Part shown: positions 58,101 through 64,000 of the stretch, one piece after another
How the letters are laid out: every line of letters starts with the position of its first letter
Numbering within the stretch: position 1 is the first letter of the stretch
DNA from: Antedon mediterranea
Taxonomy: Eukaryota > Animalia > Echinodermata
Assembly: GCF_964355755.1 (NCBI RefSeq)
Contig: NC_092670.1
Coordinates: 39,358,388-39,422,387, forward strand
DNA length: 64,000 nucleotides
Direction: 5' to 3'
Notes under the pieces: model-generated
What the model was told of the DNA's origin: nothing
Databases searched by the model: none
What the model saw: the letters and a program-made list of their open reading frames with translations, nothing else
Translations under genes and position numbers: made by a program

Positions 58101-61100
58101 CCATTTGATATTTTGCTGAGTGTCAATTGTCACTTTGTCTTAAAAGGTATATATGGAGCTGGTTGCTTAATAACTGAGGGTTGCCGAGGTGAGGGCGGCA
58201 TATTGATTAATAGCGAAGGTGAGCGGTTTATGGAGCGCTACGCCCCGACTGCGAAGGATTTAGCTTCAAGGGACGTGGTCTCAAGATCAATGACAATTGA
58301 AATTAGGGAAGGCCGGTAAGAAATATGTATTGTCCCCCAAAAACATGAAAAATAAATATTTAAAAAATCAGACTTTGAATATGCCATTTTGCAGTTTTAA
58401 TTAAGTTATTCACTAATGTAAAAAACGAGAAAAAAATTATTATTTCACTTCAAAAACAAAAAGAAACGTTTAATTTTAACCAAAAACCATTGTCTGACAG
58501 ATTTTTTATTTTTTTAATTTTTTGCTTAAAAGAATAAATTTTTTTCATGTAAATCTTTTTTTTTCAATCCAGTTTTTGGTCAAAGTGAATAACTATTACA
58601 TGACATTAAAATGGCATATTCAAAAAAAATTGTGGGGGACAATACATCTTTGAAGAAATATTAAAGAAAAAATAACCACAATTTAATTATTATTTTTGGC
58701 TAAGTTGCAATGGTTGGCAAATTATAATATACAATATTCAAATAAGATTGTACTGTATAAAGCCCTGTCTACACTATTAAAACAGTTAGACAAAAAGTAT
58801 GATGTGCCTAAATATGGTAATGATATGCCTAAATTATTATATGGTTGTGATATGCCTAAATTATTATATGGTTGTGATATGACATCATGTCCATATATTA
58901 TGGGCACATCACATAAAGTTTGATAGTGGAGACAGAGATTTGGTTGCAATGCTTGGCTACTCATAATATACAATATTCAAATGAGATATTGTACTGTATT
59001 ACAATGGTGAATTATTTTAGTCAGATGTATTGTATTATTCTGAATTATTTTCTTATAGTGGTGTCGGTCCGAAGAAAGACCATGTATACCTACAACTGTA
59101 TCATCTGTCACCAGAACAGCTTAAAACTAGACTACCAGGCATCTCAGAGACTGCTATGATCTTTGCTGGTGTAGACGTCACAAAAGAACCAATCCCTGTG
59201 CTACCTACTGTCCACTACAACATGGGTGGAGTTCCTACCAACCGCAAAGGAGAGGTTCGTGCGAATTTAACTTTTGAAGCAATAGGTTTAATGAATGTAC
59301 TAGTGGCTTAAGCTGAGATAACTAGTCATGGGTTTTATAAACAGGCCTAAAGCCTTGTCTACAGAATCAAACGTTATGTGACAACAAAATGTGATGTGCC
59401 TATAGACATGATGATGTCATATTACTACCATATTGGGTACTAGTTTTGTCAAACTACTTTGATAGTATAGACAGAGATTTACTGATTTCTTCCAAAAAAT
59501 CATATTTAAGTTTTCTGACTGTATCTTCTGTTTTAATTGATAGGTTATTTACTATGAGAATGGAGAAGATAAAGTCGTGCCAGGATTGTATTCGTGTGGA
59601 GAGGCAGCGTGCGCGTCCGTTCACGGTGCCAACCGTCTCGGTGCCAATTCACTTCTGGATCTAGTTGTCTTTGGCAGAGCCTGTGCCTTGACCATCGCTG
59701 AAAACCACAAGCCTGGAGAGAGTATTCCAGATATTAAAGCGGTATTTAAACGCTATTTTAATTTTCAAATGAACTATCAAAATATGAACTGTTAATTAAT
59801 AATAAAAATAATTCAGGCGGTACTGTATCTATTTCCAAAGTATAGGATGTACGTGATGTAAATGAGATGCTGTATTACCAAATATTCCTATGATACTGCT
59901 GGAATAGATAGTATGTCGAGATACAGCACTGGGAATCGCATGCATTTTATGCAGTGGTTGTATTTGACTGAAAAAAATAAATTATAATTATTATTTTAAT
60001 TTTAGAATTCTGGTGAAGAATCAGTAGCCAATCTTGATAAGCTGCGACACGCTGATGGCAACCTACCAGTGGCAGAAGTACGTGCCAACATGCAGTGGGT
60101 AAGCAAACTCTTTCAAAAACGCCTTAAGCTCTATCTACACTATCAAACTTTATGCGACAAAAAAATGTGATGTGCCCATATATGGACATGATGATGTCAT
60201 ATCACTACCATTTTTTGGCATGTCACCACCATGTTTGGGCACATCACACTTTTGTTGTCGAACTCGTTTGATAGTGTAGACAGAGCTTTACATTACCATC
60301 AGTTCATCATGCATTGCTCACATTATTTGCGATAATAACATGCCTATTAAGCTGTTGAATGAATCATTACATTTCGATTTCTTTTCAACCAGGTAATGCA
60401 AAATAATGCTGCAGTGTTCCGTACTGGAGAGATCCTAAAAGAGGGCGTCAAGAAAATCGATGATGTTTACCAACAATTAAATGACGTCAAGGTAAACCAT
60501 TTTTTTTTTCTATCTTAGAGTAAAATCCGTCCCATGTTATTGCAGTTTTTTAATTTATTATTTTTACCATACTTTTTGTATAAAAAATGTGTGTAGTGTT
60601 TAAGAATAGAATGCATTCTGCATTTGAATTGAAAATGTAAAGCTCTGTCTACACTATCAAACCAGTTTGACAAAAAAGTGTGATGTGCCCAAATATGGTA
60701 GTGATATGCCAAAATATGATAACATCATGTCCATATATGGGTACATCACATTTTTTTGTCACTTAAAGTGAACTATTCTGTACCAAGCAAGCCTGGTTAC
60801 TTCCATATAATGTTACTAATGTGTATTACATGTGTTGTTTTTCAGTTGTACGACCGAGGAATTGTGTGGAACACGGATCTAGTTGAAGCGCTGGAACTAC
60901 AAAATCTACTTTTAAATTCTGCTCAAACCATGCATTCAGCTGAGAACCGAGAGGAGAGTCGTGGCGCCCATGCACGAGAGGACTTTCCTGTAAGAGCTTT
61001 AGGAATTACTCTATGACTTACAAATCTTTCTTTTTAACGACCCTATTCTCTGTACTGTATATCCACATATGGCATATTCTGTAATTCAGTGTAACATATG

Positions 61101-62309
61101 TATCACATGTTATACCTGCTTATTTATTGTTACTTCTTTGAAGGTAGGATACAGTAAAAGAAAGCATAGATACGTAGACAGATACATTTTTTTTTCTGGA
61201 TCTCAGCACCCCCAATAATCTTATTCAGTACTTAAGTATTTTTTTAAAAATTTATCAATTATTTTAAGTATAAAATCCATGCTTAAGCATAATGTTGTTT
61301 ACATTTCTACTGTATGTTAGAACATTGTTGGAATTTTGTTGTTTATCGCAGGATCGCATTGATGAGTATGAATATTCTAAACCATTAGAAGGTCAACAAA
61401 GAAGATCGTATGAGGAACATTGGCGAAAACACACATTAGCATATATGGATAAAGAATCGGGAAAAGTAAGTACACAAACACATTCCAGCACATATTTAGA
61501 CAGTGTCTGTATTCTTTGGTGAATCAGGGGTCAACAACTTCAGTGACATGAACTGTGTGGAATATACTGCTGGGCTGCATGTCTTATGGTTAATTTTGTA
61601 TGTATAAAGGTCTATCTATGAATAAAAAAAAAACTGGTAATATTAAAAGTGCTTTTTATAAAAGCCTAGTGTATTTCATTGCAATATCTTCATTGTAATA
61701 TGTTCATTTTAATACTGTATGTTCATTGTGATATGTTCATTGTAAGTATGTTTATTGTAATATGTTCATTTTAATACTGTAGGATCATTTTAATACGTTC
61801 ATTGTAATATGTTCATTTTTTATATGTATATTGTAATATGTTCATTGTAATATGTTCATTTTGATACTGTATGTTCACTTTAATACTGTATGTTCATTGT
61901 AATATGTTAATTGTTTATATGTTCATTGTAATATGTTCACTTTAATACTATATGTTCATTGTGATATGTTCATTGTGATATGTTCATTGTAAGTATGTTT
62001 ATTGTAATATGTTCATTTTAATACTGTATGTTCATTTTAATACGTTCATTGTAATATGTTCATTTTTTATATGTATATTGTAATATGTTCATTGTAATAT
62101 GTTCATTTTGATACTGTATGTTCATTTTAATATGTTCATTGTTATATGTTCATTGTGATATTTTCATTGTAAATACGTTATATGTTTAATGTAATACATT
62201 CACATCATTGTTTTCTTTTCAGGTTAAATTAGATTATAGGCCAGTAATTGATGAGACGTTAGATCAAGAAGATTGTGCAACGGTTCCACCAGCAGTTAGA
62301 TCGTACTAA
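52125..62309 (+). CDS. SDHA: Succinate dehydrogenase flavoprotein subunit (~665 aa, 16 exons)
   Basis: Exons 52125-52184, 52597-52689, 53428-53589, 54283-54338, 54841-54928, 55256-55420, 56440-56588, 56846-56970, 58147-58315, 59059-59254, 59544-59741, 60006-60098, 60393-60491, 60846-60989, 61352-61465, 62223-62309. Motifs [19 protein letters not shown] (FAD His), [38 protein letters not shown] and VPPAVRSY*. Confidence 0.97.
61670..62200. repeat. ~14-bp minisatellite (ATTGTAATATGTTC)n in the last SDHA intron
   Basis: Direct reading of the sequence. Confidence 0.92.
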
Positions 62310-63815
62310 TTGCAGCATATAAATATCATAACGGTTCCACCAGCAGTTAGATTGTATTAATCTCAGCAGATCGACAACACAAGCATGCACTCCCTATGAT
62401 ATGGTAGCGTTTTCATTGTTAGATATTAATGACCTTTTTGTTTTCACGTCATGCCACTAGACTATGCCGCTATTGAGTCTAAAATCATATGGTCCTAGAT
62501 GTCTGCAGTGTGACCTTTTGACTCAACAGCTGTGTAGTCATGGCACATGAAAGCAAAAGGTTGTTATATGTTATGGCAACCAATTTACTGTTTCCTTCTT
62601 ATTTGTGTGTGGGTGGGGCGGGGTTGAGGAAGGGATAGTTTGTTGTGATTTGATCAATTATCAGGAAAAAATTTGATTTATTTTGTGTTTATCAGGTTTC
62701 AATACAACAATAATGTTAGATTGAATATTTTGCTTATAAATTAACTAATGTTAAAAACAGAATAGTAGATTTCACAAAATATAATAATTATTATGTACAT
62801 AATATGAGTATCATAGGGGGGAAATATCTGTTTTTAGTCGCTGTGGGTGTGAAATGTACAGTATATACAATTACTTTATGAATAAATTAAGACGTTAAAT
62901 ATTATTTCTTCCTTCCTCAATCAGCCTTGTTTGTCTACACTATCAAACTTTATGTGACAAAAAAATGTGATGTGCCCATATATGGACATGATGTCATATC
63001 ACTACCATATTTGAGCATATCACTACCATATTTGAGCATATCACTACCATATTTGGGCACATCACACTGTTTTTGTCAAACTAGTTTAATAGTGTTTGTC
63101 ATGATTTATACTTTGTTTCTAAACCATCAACATACAAAATATAAAGTATTTCTGAAAATGAACAAGTTGAATGGTTAATTGACACCAAACCATCGTGTTA
63201 TGCTATGTCTACACTATCAAACTTTACGTGACAAAAATGTTGATGTGCCCATATATGATCATATTTTGGCATATCAGTACAATATTTGGGCACATGAAGT
63301 GATAGTTTAGACAGAGCTTAACAGCGGTAGTAACGCGTTTCATATCGTGTAGAAAACACGAAAAATGTTACTACAAAAATGGAAATTATTGAAAATAGTT
63401 GATATAGCATATTTATAACCTGAGCTGTAGTGTATGCTTTCCATTGGCATGCACGGTTTCGTCTTAATTTGCCGTCTTAAAAAATTGCTGACTAGCGTAT
63501 TTCTTTACCAGCCTGTAGTGTACGCTACAAAGGCCTACATAATACCACATTTCTTAATATTGTATGGTTTTATCATTTTCAGTCATTATAGTTTGCACAA
63601 TTAAATGATATTGAAATGTCTATTCACCCTTCTGATAGGAAGTTGGTCCTTAGGAACCATGCGCCCTGTGTCACCTGGAAACACAGCCACGTTCTTCTTC
63701 CTTTTTACGTCTAAACTCCATCCTGCCGTTTGACATATCGTTTCATTCTCTCGGGTTAAAAAATGTGTGTCACGAGCTATCTGCCGGTGTTATTAGGCCT
63801 ACAAGTAAAATACCA

Positions 63816-63925
63816 TCAACGACTAAAGTGGTCTAAATCGGGCATTAGTTGAAGGTTTAGCCATCGACTATAGTCATTTTGGAGATAACTCAATTTCCTA
63901 GGATCAAATATGATATAGTACTTCA
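63816..63925 (-). other. Possible terminal coding exon of a convergent gene continuing beyond the window
   Basis: Acceptor-like cctttaacattgcag, then an open phase-1 frame KYYIIFDPRKLSYLQNDYSRWLNLQLMPDLDHFSR*. No family recognised. Confidence 0.25.
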
Positions 63926-64000
63926 CTGCAATGTTAAAGGATGTATCGTTAAGCTAAGGCTAAAAAACAATAGCCGTTAAATCATTGATAAAATAAAGGA

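Noticed and set aside
58696-58973. Short ORFs with KCDVPKYG / YGHDVIS repeats (also 10503, 48454, 60515, 62927)
   Set aside because: They are translations of MITE family 1, not a protein family.

Overview
AT-rich, intron-rich animal genomic DNA. It is probably a marine invertebrate deuterostome such as an echinoderm; this is inferred from the HYR-domain expansion and is not provable here. Region 1-23.4 kb (+) holds a tandem cluster of three paralogous type I membrane receptors: signal peptide, EPN/WND C-type lectin domain, a variable number of HYR repeats (at least 7, 3 and 5), EGF, TM and a tyrosine-motif cytoplasmic tail. Gene A's N-terminus lies outside the window. The cluster is followed by NDUFV1 (-), two tandem ZnT2/SLC30A2-like zinc exporters (-) and SDHA (+, head-to-head with the second ZnT). 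Introns are full of MITEs, Helitron/Helentron derivatives, LINE relics and minisatellites. Highlights: (1) the diversifying lectin-HYR-EGF receptor family; (2) a tandem-duplication breakpoint mappable to a 4-bp microhomology inside the last NDUFV1 exon; (3) a slid or broken splice donor in gene C that could switch between membrane and secreted forms; (4) metal-response-element (MRE) motifs plus a palindromic MRE-like minisatellite at the 5' end of one ZnT paralog. Exon coordinates were read by eye from GT/AG sites and frame continuity.
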